Counted from the stretch's first letter, positions 16,976 through 26,228 are shown. The stretch is DNA of 42,792 nt from Calditrichota bacterium (GCA_013152225.1 JAADGR010000204.1:1-42792), one strand, 5' to 3'. Notes: generated by a model from the letters alone, not told the origin. Numbers and translations: made by a program.

Positions 16976-17595
16976 TTCTCCTCCTTTGGCAGCATGCCAT
17001 TAAGCTCATCCTGAAAAAGTTGCTGCATTGCTGAAGCCAGATTCGGCCGGTAATTTTCGATCAGGGCAGACAAAGACGTCGCATAATAAACCAGAAGATT
17101 TTTAAGGGAATATCTCAAAAGCGAATCCTGCGTTGAGGAAATATTCGGCAACGAATAAACATACCGAATTCGAATACCCTCAGTGACCGTGGTCTGTGGC
17201 TCCGGATAAATAGCAAATCCGTTCTCTACATTCAAATCAATCATTGGGAAATTTTCAGAAGCAAAGGTTTGTTTATTACCGATGTAAATAAAACGTTCAT
17301 CGGGCAGGGGAGTACAGGGTTTTCCGGGATTTGAATAGGTGATGGTGTTCTTGTAATCCACCCAGGCAGCAACAAAGCGAATATAATCATCTGGCCATTG
17401 ATAGGCAGATTGCCCGGCCTTTAAGTCCGTTTTGGACGTCTTTACCGCATTAGAGATAAACTCAAGCGGTAAAATCAAAAGCAGGTGTTCTTGAGCTTTA
17501 TTAAGATTTTCGTCGACCTGAAATCGATCTTTATCCGTTGAATCGATTTCCAGAAACCCAAGAACAGCATCCCGGAGCTCAGTGTATTTAATCAA
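16972..17595 (-). CDS. hypothetical head-tail connector-region protein (207 aa)
   Basis: The ORF lies in the structural operon between the capsid genes and tail genes. Confidence 0.55.
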   Translation of the reverse strand: MIKYTELRDAVLGFLEIDSTDKDRFQVDENLNKAQEHLLLILPLEFISNAVKTSKTDLKAGQSAYQWPDDYIRFVAAWVDYKNTITYSNPGKPCTPLPDERFIYIGNKQTFASENFPMIDLNVENGFAIYPEPQTTVTEGIRIRYVYSLPNISSTQDSLLRYSLKNLLVYYATSLSALIENYRPNLASAMQQLFQDELNGMLPKEEK

Positions 17596-18079
17596 CTTTT
17601 GCTACCTGTTTTTCTTTAGCTTGACTAACCAGTTCCTTACACCTTTCCTCCAGCATTTTAATCTGTTTCTTTTTCGGCGCATTCGACGGGATTTTAATCC
17701 CTAATTCGCGGCCCCATTCACGGATTTGAGCCGTCTTCACGTCCTCCAGCTTCAGTCCGGCTATCTTTTGAACGACCTTAATCTTATCCCAGAATTCTTT
17801 GTCATCATCTGAATTACCGTCATTTTGCTCCTCGTACAGCGTTACAACATTCTCAGCGTCCGGATGTTTTGTTTCAGTTGCCTCTTCCTTAGTCTTTTGC
17901 AACGGCTTCGTGTCAACCAGATGCGGATTTTGCTTCAAAATTTCTCTCGCGTGATGATCAGGGATCTCGGTCGGTTCATACGGCCTTACAATGAACCCCT
18001 TCACAACACGATTCCGGTGGTCTCTATAACCAACTTCCTTCTTCTCCACATCAAGTTTACAATATAGCTTCATGTTCAC
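17588..18079 (-). CDS. hypothetical protein with C-terminal SAP/HeH-like motif (163 aa)
   Basis: A GGAGGTG SD precedes the ATG at 18079. The C-terminal sequence TAQIREWGRELGIKIPSNAPKKKQIKMLEERCKEL resembles Rho-N/SAP helix-extended-helix motifs. Confidence 0.6.
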   Translation of the reverse strand: MNMKLYCKLDVEKKEVGYRDHRNRVVKGFIVRPYEPTEIPDHHAREILKQNPHLVDTKPLQKTKEEATETKHPDAENVVTLYEEQNDGNSDDDKEFWDKIKVVQKIAGLKLEDVKTAQIREWGRELGIKIPSNAPKKKQIKMLEERCKELVSQAKEKQVAKVD

Positions 18080-18089
18080 CTCCGTTTTT

Positions 18090-18120
18090 AAATAAAGCGG
18101 GGAGCATTGGCCCCCCGCTT
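18090..18120 (-). terminator. intrinsic terminator downstream of the capsid genes
   Basis: On the minus strand the stem is AAGCGGGG / CCCCGCTT (18113-18120 pairing with 18095-18102) with a 10-nt loop. It is followed by TTATTT. Confidence 0.6.
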
Positions 18121-18127
18121 ATTCGGT

Positions 18128-18421
18128 TTATGTTACATTGCCAATGATCGTCCAGGCCGTGGTCGTACCGTTATTGTAACGGATATACCACTTTCCATCG
18201 TTCAGGTTAATCAGAATGGCGCCCAGTGGGACATCGGTACCATCGTCGTATTGGTTGAAATCCGACAGGGTCAGCGTCGCTGTGTCGACGACAATGAAAG
18301 GAATTTCCTTCTTATTGTCGCGACTCCGAAGCCAGAACATGTAGACGGTACCCGAATAATTGGAGAATTCTTTCGTCTTCTCCAGAACCACCGGGACTGC
18401 CAGACGCATTAAATCACCCAT
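18128..18421 (-). CDS. small capsid-associated (possible decoration) protein (97 aa)
   Basis: The ORF is directly downstream of the major capsid gene and upstream of the terminator. Function is positional only. Confidence 0.55.
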   Translation of the reverse strand: MGDLMRLAVPVVLEKTKEFSNYSGTVYMFWLRSRDNKKEIPFIVVDTATLTLSDFNQYDDGTDVPLGAILINLNDGKWYIRYNNGTTTAWTIIGNVT

Positions 18422-18448
18422 ATTGTTCTCCTTTTTGTTTTTCAGTCA

Positions 18449-19687
18449 TTAGGTAGACGGCGGCGATTCGTAAGTGATGAACAATGCGGAACCTCGGTTG
18501 ATCAGATACTCACCACGAGTTCCGTCATCTTCATTCCAGAAATCACCGCGTGCATAACCTTCGATCGTCTGATAGGCAATACCCAGAATGGCACCGTAGT
18601 CGTCCACACGGGTCTTGAATTGATTAACAAGCCGGGATTGCGCTTTGAACAGAGCATTGATACCCAAAACGAACCCGGCTACTGCACCTGCAGAGCTGGG
18701 CAGCAATTTGGATTCGAAGTCATCCAGATCCGTGAAAGAAGACGGGCCATAAACAGGCTTGCCGCCGGACACCGAAACCGGCCAGCATACCGTTTCCGCT
18801 TCAAAAATCGCGAATCCTTCCCAGATGTACCGCGCACCGTACAAGTACGGGTTGTCTTTTGCAAAGGCCTGCGCACGTGCCGCGGCAACCTGATTGTCGA
18901 ATTGAGAATCGTTTTTCAGACTAATCAGCTGATACGGATGCGCAACTATCAGACGCAACCGGTTTCCTTCATTGGTCACGATGGGAGCGATCTTCCGAAT
19001 TTCCGGCTGCACAGCCAGAAAGCGCAGAAAACCGGTATCGAAGTTATTTGCAGCACCCAGATTCGACACTGCGGTTCCGATGTTCGTTTCGTAAGTGGAC
19101 GTACCTGGCGTTCCGGATACTTTACCGGTACCGGCCACGTAGCAATTGGGATGGGAATTCTTTTTGACGATGCTATGGCTACCCCAGTTCGAGGAATTCA
19201 GCACGTTGTAACTGAACCCGTAGTACATCGCATAAGATGCCTGCAGATATTCAGAGACACGCGCGTAGTACCGCAGCAATGCCGGTCGAGCGTTCTTCAA
19301 AAGATTGTACTGCTTCGTAATCTGCTGATCGAAAAACCCTTCATACGGCATTTCCGCATGACGCAGCACATCGATCGGTACACTTGCATGGTTGATTTTG
19401 GGCCGTTCTTCATGATCTTTCAACTGCTGATTCCCGACCCGGGGCAATTGGTTAAGATTTCGATGAACCGGAATTTGGATCAGCGATTTCCCCTGCGACA
19501 ACTCGTTCTGAATGACGACGGGAGATTCCGTCACCCGGGGAATCATCTTATCGGAGACAGGAACACCACCAGGAGTGGTAAACTTCGCCCATCGCCCCCA
19601 GAACATCTGCTTCAGAACGTCAAAGCCCATACGTTGCGCAAGGACTACCGCCGGATCACCTGTCCAACCTTGCTGAAAATTAGGCAT
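18449..19687 (-). CDS. major capsid protein
   Basis: This 412-aa ORF lies directly after the acidic scaffold gene and has an AAGGAG SD. The portal-scaffold-capsid order and the following terminator are typical for this gene. No motif-level confirmation was possible by eye. Confidence 0.7.
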   Translation of the reverse strand: MPNFQQGWTGDPAVVLAQRMGFDVLKQMFWGRWAKFTTPGGVPVSDKMIPRVTESPVVIQNELSQGKSLIQIPVHRNLNQLPRVGNQQLKDHEERPKINHASVPIDVLRHAEMPYEGFFDQQITKQYNLLKNARPALLRYYARVSEYLQASYAMYYGFSYNVLNSSNWGSHSIVKKNSHPNCYVAGTGKVSGTPGTSTYETNIGTAVSNLGAANNFDTGFLRFLAVQPEIRKIAPIVTNEGNRLRLIVAHPYQLISLKNDSQFDNQVAAARAQAFAKDNPYLYGARYIWEGFAIFEAETVCWPVSVSGGKPVYGPSSFTDLDDFESKLLPSSAGAVAGFVLGINALFKAQSRLVNQFKTRVDDYGAILGIAYQTIEGYARGDFWNEDDGTRGEYLINRGSALFITYESPPST

Positions 19688-19714
19688 ATTTTAATCTCCT
19701 TGTTTTCGTTTGAT

Positions 19715-20656
19715 TTACAACCCTTGTTCTTCTAACCACTTTTCATACTGAGCAATTTCTTCCTCAGTCGCGTTCATGATGTCTCGAGCAGTCCAATTCG
19801 CAAATTTTTCTTTTTCACGCCCTGCATCTGTCCGCGAAGCGCGATCGAATCGCGAACCACCCTGCCCGGCCTTTGAAATGTCCTCAACGGCTTCCTGCCG
19901 TCCATTAATGCGTTCCTGAGCCGCCAGTTTCTCGAAATTGAGCGCTTTCCATGCCATCTCCATTTGTTCCTTTGTGTAAACACCGTTCCGCGGCAGGAAA
20001 TTCTCGGTAACAAACTGGTCCAGCTTCCGAAACTCTTCAGATTGGAGAAATTTCTGGAAGTTTTCGGCATCCGATTCCGGATCGTAGCCCACAGATTTGG
20101 CAAATTCCACAATGTTTTCCCATGTCTGCTTCTGGGCCTGCTGAATCTGAGCCTCTTCTTCCATCTGCTTCTTTTCTTCCTGCAACTGTTTCCAGCGCTC
20201 ATACTCTTCTTTCTCGCGCAGATACTGGAAAGCGGCTTCAGGGTCTTCTTCTTTGAGGATTTCAAACTCTTCATCCGTGAGTTCCTCGAAATCCTCGAAT
20301 TTTTTACCTTCGAGCTCAAGAAGCTTTTTCTCAAGCTCCTCAGCTTTTTGGCGCCATTTTTCTGCTTCATCTTCGACCTCCTTTTCTTTTGACGCCTGTT
20401 CGGTACGCTCTTCACCCTTTTCCTGGGATTTTTCCCCACCTTCGTCCCCTGATTCACCTTTTTCACCTTCTCCGGTGTCGGTTTCCTGGGACTTGGCAGC
20501 TTCTTCATCCTGCGTACCGGTATCGGAACCCTGTTCGGCCTGGACTTCTTTCTCTAACTCTTCTTCGAGAGAATCCAGGTCTTCAGGGGTAAGTTCAAAA
20601 ATTTCACGATCTTCATTCTGTTCCTGATGTTCCTGATTTTTTTCCTGATCGGTCAT
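19715..20656 (-). CDS. scaffolding protein
   Basis: This 313-aa ORF is extremely acidic and Glu/Lys-rich with coiled-coil character. It lies between the portal and capsid genes. Confidence 0.7.
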   Translation of the reverse strand: MTDQEKNQEHQEQNEDREIFELTPEDLDSLEEELEKEVQAEQGSDTGTQDEEAAKSQETDTGEGEKGESGDEGGEKSQEKGEERTEQASKEKEVEDEAEKWRQKAEELEKKLLELEGKKFEDFEELTDEEFEILKEEDPEAAFQYLREKEEYERWKQLQEEKKQMEEEAQIQQAQKQTWENIVEFAKSVGYDPESDAENFQKFLQSEEFRKLDQFVTENFLPRNGVYTKEQMEMAWKALNFEKLAAQERINGRQEAVEDISKAGQGGSRFDRASRTDAGREKEKFANWTARDIMNATEEEIAQYEKWLEEQGL

Positions 20657-20657
20657 G

Positions 20658-22556
20658 TTACACCTCTACGTTTTGGTTCAATCTATTTACAACCGGTTCA
20701 CTCCCATTTGTTGGGACGGAAGCAAGCCCGGCCTTTTGTTTCGCTAAATCGAGCATGGCTTTGGTAACCTGAAATGCTTCGGCCTGCTGGCCTTGCTGGA
20801 TCTGCTGTTGCACCAGTTGATACCAATTTTCGATCACCCGGCGGATGCCAGTGAGATCCAATTCACCAAGCCACCATTCCGGATCGATGATAAGCACCGC
20901 CTGCGGGCCAAAGAGCTGGAATATTTTGTCCACGATTTCGGTTTTTTGCAGAAACCTCACGTGTCGAGATGTCGGGTTGTTGTCGATCTGTTCCGGCGTA
21001 ACCTGATATTCACCGACGGTGATGTCGTTGAGGATATGATCGCCGATTCGCAAATTGATGTAAATTTCTTTTCGCTCGAATGTTTCCGGATCTGCGACAA
21101 GGAACATCCTTTCGCTGGTGTAATACATCTGGATAAGTCGGATTTCTTTGTTCAGCACGCGATTCCGCATGCGATCTATGTTTTTCACCACCGGAATGAA
21201 ACTTGTAAGCGCTCGTTGCACTTTCTGCGCGTAGAGAGAAGCCGGTTCGTTCGATGATTCTGCGAGCCCCTGCAAGTTCGGCGTGATCCCGGTCACCCGG
21301 TAAAGGAATTCAACTGCTTCTACTGAAAGCCGATCGGTGTTTGGGATCGTCTGCGGTGGATCCACTCTGCGCCATACTTTTGTGATATCATCAACGTCCT
21401 TTTTCACCACAAGGTCAACTCCAGGCTGGTGAATAAATCGTGACGCATCCTTTTCATTCACGAAAGCGCCTTGTTTTCTGATCTGCCCGGGATTCGCGGT
21501 CTTGTTTACGATATCCAGCGTTCGATTGTGTAGGTCATTGAACTCTTTTTGCGGCCCTTTGGCGTTTTTGAAAATACCAAAGTGATCAATCGCCTGTTTT
21601 GTATAGGGATAGGCGACAAATCTTATGTAATCGTAGGTGCCATCCTGCAGGTCTGCCATCCGTTCCTGCAAATAGAAGTTCAAACCGGGTATAACTTCAG
21701 TAATTTTCTTGATCTTCGCTTCTTTTTCAATAAGCTTCATCTGCGGATTCGCACGGAGAAACAGTTCGCGCCTTTTCTCTGACAGATTTTCAACGACAAC
21801 TTCCTCGCGCGTAAGCGTGTCATAGGCTACGAGCACTTTTTCGTACATGATTTCATGGAATTCGATCACCCGGTATTTTCCTTCCTTTTTGTCGACGAAG
21901 TCCGGGTGCTGCATCATTGCCGCAAGGTCAAGGGTCGCATTTTCCATATATCGGCTCTGCTCAATGTCGTCGATGATGGTCTTCAATTTCGAGCGGTGCT
22001 GGGGCCACAACCGAAAAATATCCTCGACAAGCAGGAATCGGGAACGTATCAAATACGCGGCATCGTCCAAAAAGTCCTCCCGGGCACGGGAATCGAACAT
22101 AATTTCAAATTCGTCAACGTTTTTCACGACAATAGAACCGTCGACTTGCAGTTCGTTCGAATACCGCGGGAATATGTACCCGTGTTTCACCAGACCAGCC
22201 AGAATGGTTTTCCCGAGCTCAAATTCGAATTCAGTTTGCTGATTTTCGTGCAGAATGATGTCTTCAAGAAGCGCCGCAATTTCTGGATCGCCACCACGCT
22301 TCGCAAAAATGCGAATGCGCTGTTGATTCTGATATAAATCGCCGAGAGCTTGATTGAATATCGGCAAAAGAAGGTTGAATACGTTTGTGGGGCGACGCTG
22401 GGACTCATACCACCTTTTCTGCTTCTCAGTATACTGCTCACCCGCGAGGAAAAGGTATCCCTCTTCGATTTCGTCATAGATACGCTTCCACGTTCCGTAC
22501 TCATTTAGGAACGTCTGCGCGATTCGGGATACCCTTCTGTCTTTTTCTACACTCAT
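20658..22556 (-). CDS. portal protein
   Basis: This 632-aa ORF lies between the terminase region and the scaffold gene. Size and position are typical for a portal. Confidence 0.7.
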   Translation of the reverse strand: MSVEKDRRVSRIAQTFLNEYGTWKRIYDEIEEGYLFLAGEQYTEKQKRWYESQRRPTNVFNLLLPIFNQALGDLYQNQQRIRIFAKRGGDPEIAALLEDIILHENQQTEFEFELGKTILAGLVKHGYIFPRYSNELQVDGSIVVKNVDEFEIMFDSRAREDFLDDAAYLIRSRFLLVEDIFRLWPQHRSKLKTIIDDIEQSRYMENATLDLAAMMQHPDFVDKKEGKYRVIEFHEIMYEKVLVAYDTLTREEVVVENLSEKRRELFLRANPQMKLIEKEAKIKKITEVIPGLNFYLQERMADLQDGTYDYIRFVAYPYTKQAIDHFGIFKNAKGPQKEFNDLHNRTLDIVNKTANPGQIRKQGAFVNEKDASRFIHQPGVDLVVKKDVDDITKVWRRVDPPQTIPNTDRLSVEAVEFLYRVTGITPNLQGLAESSNEPASLYAQKVQRALTSFIPVVKNIDRMRNRVLNKEIRLIQMYYTSERMFLVADPETFERKEIYINLRIGDHILNDITVGEYQVTPEQIDNNPTSRHVRFLQKTEIVDKIFQLFGPQAVLIIDPEWWLGELDLTGIRRVIENWYQLVQQQIQQGQQAEAFQVTKAMLDLAKQKAGLASVPTNGSEPVVNRLNQNVEV

Positions 22557-22831
22557 TTTCCCCCACTCAGGTGTTTTTCAGCAAATTCTTCCCAGGTCAT
22601 GCCGAAATCCTTTTTCAGAACGTCTACTGTAATTTTCGTCGGGATAATCGGTGTATGGAAGCCGCATTCACAGCACGAATAGAATCCGAACATAGGCGGC
22701 TCTTCCGGGTGGACCACCCAATAATTTTCCCAACGAAACCATGTTTCCATCTCACATTCTGGGCACCGACCGCGACAATAATTCGGCGCAAATGACCGCC
22801 ACACATCCTGTATCCAGCGATACAATTTCAT
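22553..22831 (-). CDS. Zn-ribbon protein, paralog A (92 aa)
   Basis: It has CPEC...CCEC cysteine pairs and ATGA overlaps on both sides. It shares ETWFRWE and CCECG motifs, and a 21-nt identical DNA stretch, with the neighbouring gene. Confidence 0.65.
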   Translation of the reverse strand: MKLYRWIQDVWRSFAPNYCRGRCPECEMETWFRWENYWVVHPEEPPMFGFYSCCECGFHTPIIPTKITVDVLKKDFGMTWEEFAEKHLSGGK

Positions 22832-23064
22832 TTTTCCTCCTTTCGAAAAATTTCTTCTGCCGACACACCGAAATGATCCCGGAAATCACACATTTCGGTC
22901 GGCAATACAGCCGAATACCCACCACATTCGCAACACCGATACACGCCGCACATCGTGAATTCGTCCATTTCCCAACGAAACCATGTTTCTTTTTCGCACG
23001 CAGGGCAAAGGCCACGATCGTAATGACGCGAATGCTTTCGATACATTTCAAGAAGCCTTTTCAT
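22828..23064 (-). CDS. Zn-ribbon protein, paralog B (78 aa)
   Basis: It has CPAC...CCEC cysteine pairs and is a paralog of 22553-22831. It has a 4-nt overlap with the terL stop. Confidence 0.65.
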   Translation of the reverse strand: MKRLLEMYRKHSRHYDRGLCPACEKETWFRWEMDEFTMCGVYRCCECGGYSAVLPTEMCDFRDHFGVSAEEIFRKEEK

Positions 23065-24665
23065 ACGCCATCTGCTCCTACAGGTCTTTCCAGTTCAAAT
23101 ACCTCTTCGCGCCAGTTTTCAAGCGCGTAATCATCATCTTCGCGCGGTTGGCGCGGCACATGTTTTTCTGGCTCAAATAGGGCCAGAACGCTGTATCTGG
23201 TCTCATCAAGCGCGTGATCGTACACATTCGGATCATTTCCCCGGCCCTCGATATCCTCCGGCACTTTTTCATCATGCTGGGCGGCAACAATTTCCTCAAT
23301 CAGCGGATCATTGAACCCGTCAAAATACTTCCACTTTCTCTGCCGCATGAGCTGCTTCCATGCCCACCATCCCAATACCCTTTCCGTCCGCGCTTTCCGG
23401 AGCGAAAGGCCCAGGATATTTCGAAAAACGCGCTCGAACGTGTATTCATTCGAATGGATCGCAGAAGGCGAGTTCCGCTCGAATGCATCATGCCCGGCTA
23501 CGATGTAGTCCGGCATCCGCCCGCGCGTATACGGGAAATTTTCGATCATTTCACGGATGGCCCGCGCATGCTGGTCGGGGCTCGCGTCGCGAACGTAATA
23601 TGTGAAAAGCCGGTATATATTCCCTTCGAAATCCCGCGCGGAAAGGCCGAAGGAACAGGGGGAACTCCACCCAGGGTCGAGGGATCCGATGAGAGACCAA
23701 TCTTCCGGGATGATGAACGGCCGCACACATAACTGGTTCGAAAAATCGTCGAAAAAGTCGCCTGAGAAAGCATCCCAGTCGCCGTGGAGTAATGCGCGCT
23801 CATATTTCGCGCCCATGGCCCGGATATTCTGTACGTAAGTAGGGTCATTTTCCATGAGAATGCGGTTCTCATGCAGGAATCCCGGCACAAACGTTCTCGA
23901 TCGCGCGTCCGGGTGGTCCCGGTTGACCATAATGCCCATCGGGTTCACGTACGGATCGGAAACACTGCGATCGGGGGCAAAATAGTAGGTTTTTTTCGGC
24001 TCGAGGACAATATCACCGTTTCGAATGAATCGCTTCTTCACCCACAGCAAACCGGCACCGGTAGGGTTCGTGGTGGCCCGGATGCGTGGGAATAGGCCCG
24101 GAATAGTACTCCGAGCACGGGAAAAAAGGTAAAGATACTGCGTGAGCGTGAATTGGGTGAGTTCGTCAAAGCCGACAAACTGGTACTCAATTCCCTGGTG
24201 CGACTCTTTGTCTTCCTCTAACTCCATGTGACAAAAGAAGATACGCGCACCCGAGGGAAATGTAAACGAAGGGCCCGGATCTCCCCGGCGGTGGGCAGTG
24301 TATGTGGCATGGAATGGGCTGGAACAGTAGTATTTCTTCGCTTCGTCGATGAGCTTCGAGAGCTGCGTGGTCTTCCGGCGGAAGATGACAGCACGGTAGT
24401 CGGGGATTTCGACTGCCGCCTTCTGAACAGGTGTGGATCGAAACTGGAGGCCAAGTGCGTCGATCACCAGCGCCCATGATTTTCCGGGCCCAGCGGCGCC
24501 CCCGAACAGTACTTCGAATTCGCTTCGGGTAAAATATTCCCATTGCCCGCCCTTCTGGGGCTGGATCACCTTCGCATTTTTCGGTATGCGAGGCGTGCCC
24601 TTTTTCGGTCTCCCACGCTTTTTTTGCAACAGCCGAAGCGGTTTTTCAGCCTTTTTCGCCGCCAT
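23061..24665 (-). CDS. terL: terminase large subunit
   Basis: It has the Walker A motif FGGAAGPGKSW and the Walker B-like motif VGFDELTQF, with a nuclease-half-sized C-terminus. I prefer the start at M35 (ATG 24665). The ORF-track start at 24767 would add a hydrophobic extension overlapping terS by 122 nt. Confidence 0.8.
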   Translation of the reverse strand: MAAKKAEKPLRLLQKKRGRPKKGTPRIPKNAKVIQPQKGGQWEYFTRSEFEVLFGGAAGPGKSWALVIDALGLQFRSTPVQKAAVEIPDYRAVIFRRKTTQLSKLIDEAKKYYCSSPFHATYTAHRRGDPGPSFTFPSGARIFFCHMELEEDKESHQGIEYQFVGFDELTQFTLTQYLYLFSRARSTIPGLFPRIRATTNPTGAGLLWVKKRFIRNGDIVLEPKKTYYFAPDRSVSDPYVNPMGIMVNRDHPDARSRTFVPGFLHENRILMENDPTYVQNIRAMGAKYERALLHGDWDAFSGDFFDDFSNQLCVRPFIIPEDWSLIGSLDPGWSSPCSFGLSARDFEGNIYRLFTYYVRDASPDQHARAIREMIENFPYTRGRMPDYIVAGHDAFERNSPSAIHSNEYTFERVFRNILGLSLRKARTERVLGWWAWKQLMRQRKWKYFDGFNDPLIEEIVAAQHDEKVPEDIEGRGNDPNVYDHALDETRYSVLALFEPEKHVPRQPREDDDYALENWREEVFELERPVGADGV

Positions 24666-25083
24666 TTCCAGCGCCACCCCCAGATTCACCGCCCCCAGAA
24701 AAACCAGGAACGACATATACAGCGTGAGAAACGTCCATCTTGCCGTCGAGGGATATGCTTTTTTCATCTTTGTACCCGAAATTGTTCCTGAGATCGAACA
24801 TTGACACGTTTGGGTTGATTTTGTTTCTGAGTGACATATCTAAGCGCTGATTCTCGATTCGCAGCAGCGCCCTCCCTATTGTGTCAGAAAATTTCTTCTT
24901 TTTTTTGAGATCGAAAATCGACTGCCGCCGTGAAAATCCGAGAAAATACGCTATACCCGGCACAGTGTAGAGCTTTCCATCTGCATCACACGCCTGGAAG
25001 TACTCGTCTATTTTCGCCTGTAGCTCTTCCGCAGTTCGATATTTTGGTGGCCTACCTACGCTTTTTTTCTCCTTTTTCGCCAT
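24646..25083 (-). CDS. terS: terminase small subunit
   Basis: The N-terminus (GRPPKYRTAEELQAKIDEYFQ...YTVPGIAYFLGFSRRQSIFD) matches the HTH pattern of small terminases. It lies immediately upstream of terL. Confidence 0.65.
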   Translation of the reverse strand: MAKKEKKSVGRPPKYRTAEELQAKIDEYFQACDADGKLYTVPGIAYFLGFSRRQSIFDLKKKKKFSDTIGRALLRIENQRLDMSLRNKINPNVSMFDLRNNFGYKDEKSISLDGKMDVSHAVYVVPGFSGGGESGGGAGNGGEKG

Positions 25084-25105
25084 ATTCCCCCCATTTTCCG
25101 CGGCG

Positions 25106-25134
25106 AAAATAAATTCACCCGATTAAAATTTCAA
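25106..25134 (-). promoter_or_regulatory. candidate promoter for the late (terS...) operon
   Basis: The minus strand reads TTGAAA (25134-25129), a 17-nt spacer, then TATTTT (25111-25106), about 20 nt upstream of the terS ATG. The match to consensus is weak. Confidence 0.3.
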
Positions 25135-25194
25135 CTATTTTTTTTGAATTTAGGCCATTTCGTTAAAAAAAAATAAAAATTTTCAATTTTCCTC

Positions 25195-25223
25195 CTGACA
25201 ATTGTAGTTCTTTGTCGTATATT
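25195..25223 (+). promoter_or_regulatory. sigma70-type promoter driving the plus-strand island
   Basis: The sequence is CTGACA (25195-25200), exactly 17 nt of spacer, then TATATT (25218-25223). An A/T-rich UP-like tract lies upstream. The first SD+ATG follows at 25266. Confidence 0.6.
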
Positions 25224-25265
25224 GTGGTGGGAGCTGAAAACCACAAAACAAAAGGAGGAGAAGTC

Positions 25266-25703
25266 ATGGCAGTCCAAGTCTCTCAAAACCAAATCCAAAA
25301 GATTTTCGACAGGTTTTCTCGGAGAAACCGTGCAACTCACAGGGCCAAGGAAGATTTTTTTGCTATTCTCCGAAAGATTTCCGAACAATTCCCAGATCGT
25401 GCTTCCGGATATTGCACTCACGAAACATTCTTCGTGAAATTTTCATTCTGGTCTCAGCGCGCTGGTCATTGGGTATACGGTGAAGGTAAATGCTATCTCC
25501 GGATTGAGGATGGAAATGCCGTCGTCGTGACAGACAGAGATCCTGACTGGTCTCGTGTGCTTGAGGAAAACGAAATAGATTACTTCAACGTCAAGCAAGC
25601 CATCAAAGCACTGGATGATTTCGTAGGGAAACTTCTAAACGTGGAAACCTTCGAAATCGAATCAGAAAAGCTCGCTCAAATCCGCAAAATCCTGGAGTCC
25701 TAA
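25266..25703 (+). CDS. hypothetical protein (146 aa)
   Basis: AAAGGAGGAG lies 5 nt before the ATG at 25266. The ORF-track TTG start at 25212 lies inside the promoter -10 region, so I moved the start. Confidence 0.6.
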   Translation: MAVQVSQNQIQKIFDRFSRRNRATHRAKEDFFAILRKISEQFPDRASGYCTHETFFVKFSFWSQRAGHWVYGEGKCYLRIEDGNAVVVTDRDPDWSRVLEENEIDYFNVKQAIKALDDFVGKLLNVETFEIESEKLAQIRKILES

Positions 25704-25704
25704 T

Positions 25705-25857
25705 ATGAAATTGAAATCCGATCGAACAGTAGTGCGTTCTATCCGCCTGCCACTTCGCCTGTGGCGGGCGGTTCAGAAAGAGGCCCAACGAAACTTCACC
25801 ACTCCCGCCGCCATAATTCGGAGAGCGGTGGCAGAGTGGTTAAAAAAGCGGGGTTGA
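25705..25857 (+). CDS. ribbon-helix-helix (CopG/Arc/MetJ-like) DNA-binding protein (50 aa)
   Basis: Hand translation is MKLKSDRTVVRSIRLPLRLWRAVQKEAQRNFTTPAAIIRRAVAEWLKKRG. It shows a beta-strand plus two-helix pattern. The ATG is 1 nt after the upstream stop. It is below the ORF-track size cutoff. Confidence 0.65.
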   Translation: MKLKSDRTVVRSIRLPLRLWRAVQKEAQRNFTTPAAIIRRAVAEWLKKRG

Positions 25858-25870
25858 GTTTGGGGCTGGT

Positions 25871-25938
25871 CTCCCTCGCCTGGTGGCCCCAGCGGGCTGA
25901 AAACCCGCGGGCCCCGGTTCGATTCCGGGAGAGGGAGC
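25871..25938 (+). tRNA. tRNA-like element E1, anticodon loop CTGAAAA (GAA, Phe-like), with reduced D arm (non-canonical, 68 nt)
   Basis: Hand fold: acceptor CTCCCTC/GAGGGAG; mini D arm GCC-TGGT-GGC; anticodon stem GCGGG/CCCGC; T arm CCCGG-TTCGATT-CCGGG. There is no encoded CCA. Confidence 0.45.
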
Positions 25939-25973
25939 TAAAGGCTACAAAAATAAAAGGAGGATGATTCATT

Positions 25974-26228
25974 ATGTTTTACAAAAAATTTCACCGGTAT
26001 GCAGGCAGTGACGGGGTACTTTATTACTGCACATCTCCCGCCACTGCAGAAAGTTTTTTTAAATTAAAACCTGCCAGTTTTAACGCAACATGGCAGGGGA
26101 CTGTCCCTGTTTATCGCCGCGGAGATGGCGAATTATTTGCCGCCAACTTCCGCGGTGATGGGGGAGAGCAATTGAAACGAATCACCAGGGGCGTTTACGT
26201 CCGCTGGCATGGGGATGGTGTGTATTAA
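25974..26228 (+). CDS. hypothetical protein (84 aa)
   Basis: An AAGGAGG SD lies 10 nt upstream of the ATG. The ORF sits between tRNA-like elements E1 and E2. Confidence 0.55.
   Translation: MFYKKFHRYAGSDGVLYYCTSPATAESFFKLKPASFNATWQGTVPVYRRGDGELFAANFRGDGGEQLKRITRGVYVRWHGDGVY

Noticed and set aside
18620-19735. A 371-aa plus-strand ORF antisense to the major capsid gene.
   Set aside because: It is Arg-rich and low-complexity and is fully antisense to a well-supported gene with an SD. Long antisense ORFs are common in GC-richer coding DNA.
19774-20508. A 244-aa alternative-frame ORF inside the scaffold gene.
   Set aside because: It is extremely Lys/Arg/Ser-rich. It is the expected by-product of frame-shifting a purine-rich GAA/GAG/AAG coding region, which lacks T-containing stop codons. 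It has no SD of its own, and the scaffold frame is the plausible one.
24666-24767. The N-terminal 34-aa hydrophobic extension of terL in the ORF-track model.
   Set aside because: It would overlap terS by 122 nt and add a membrane-like segment to a terminase. The internal ATG at 24665 has a G-rich SD and leaves a 20-nt overlap.
25822-25870. GGAGAGCGGTGGCAGAGTGGTTAA..., which looks like the 5' half of a type II (Ser/Leu) tRNA.
   Set aside because: I found no matching D stem, anticodon arm or 3' acceptor strand. The stretch lies inside the well-formed RHH coding sequence (RRAVAEWLKKRG).
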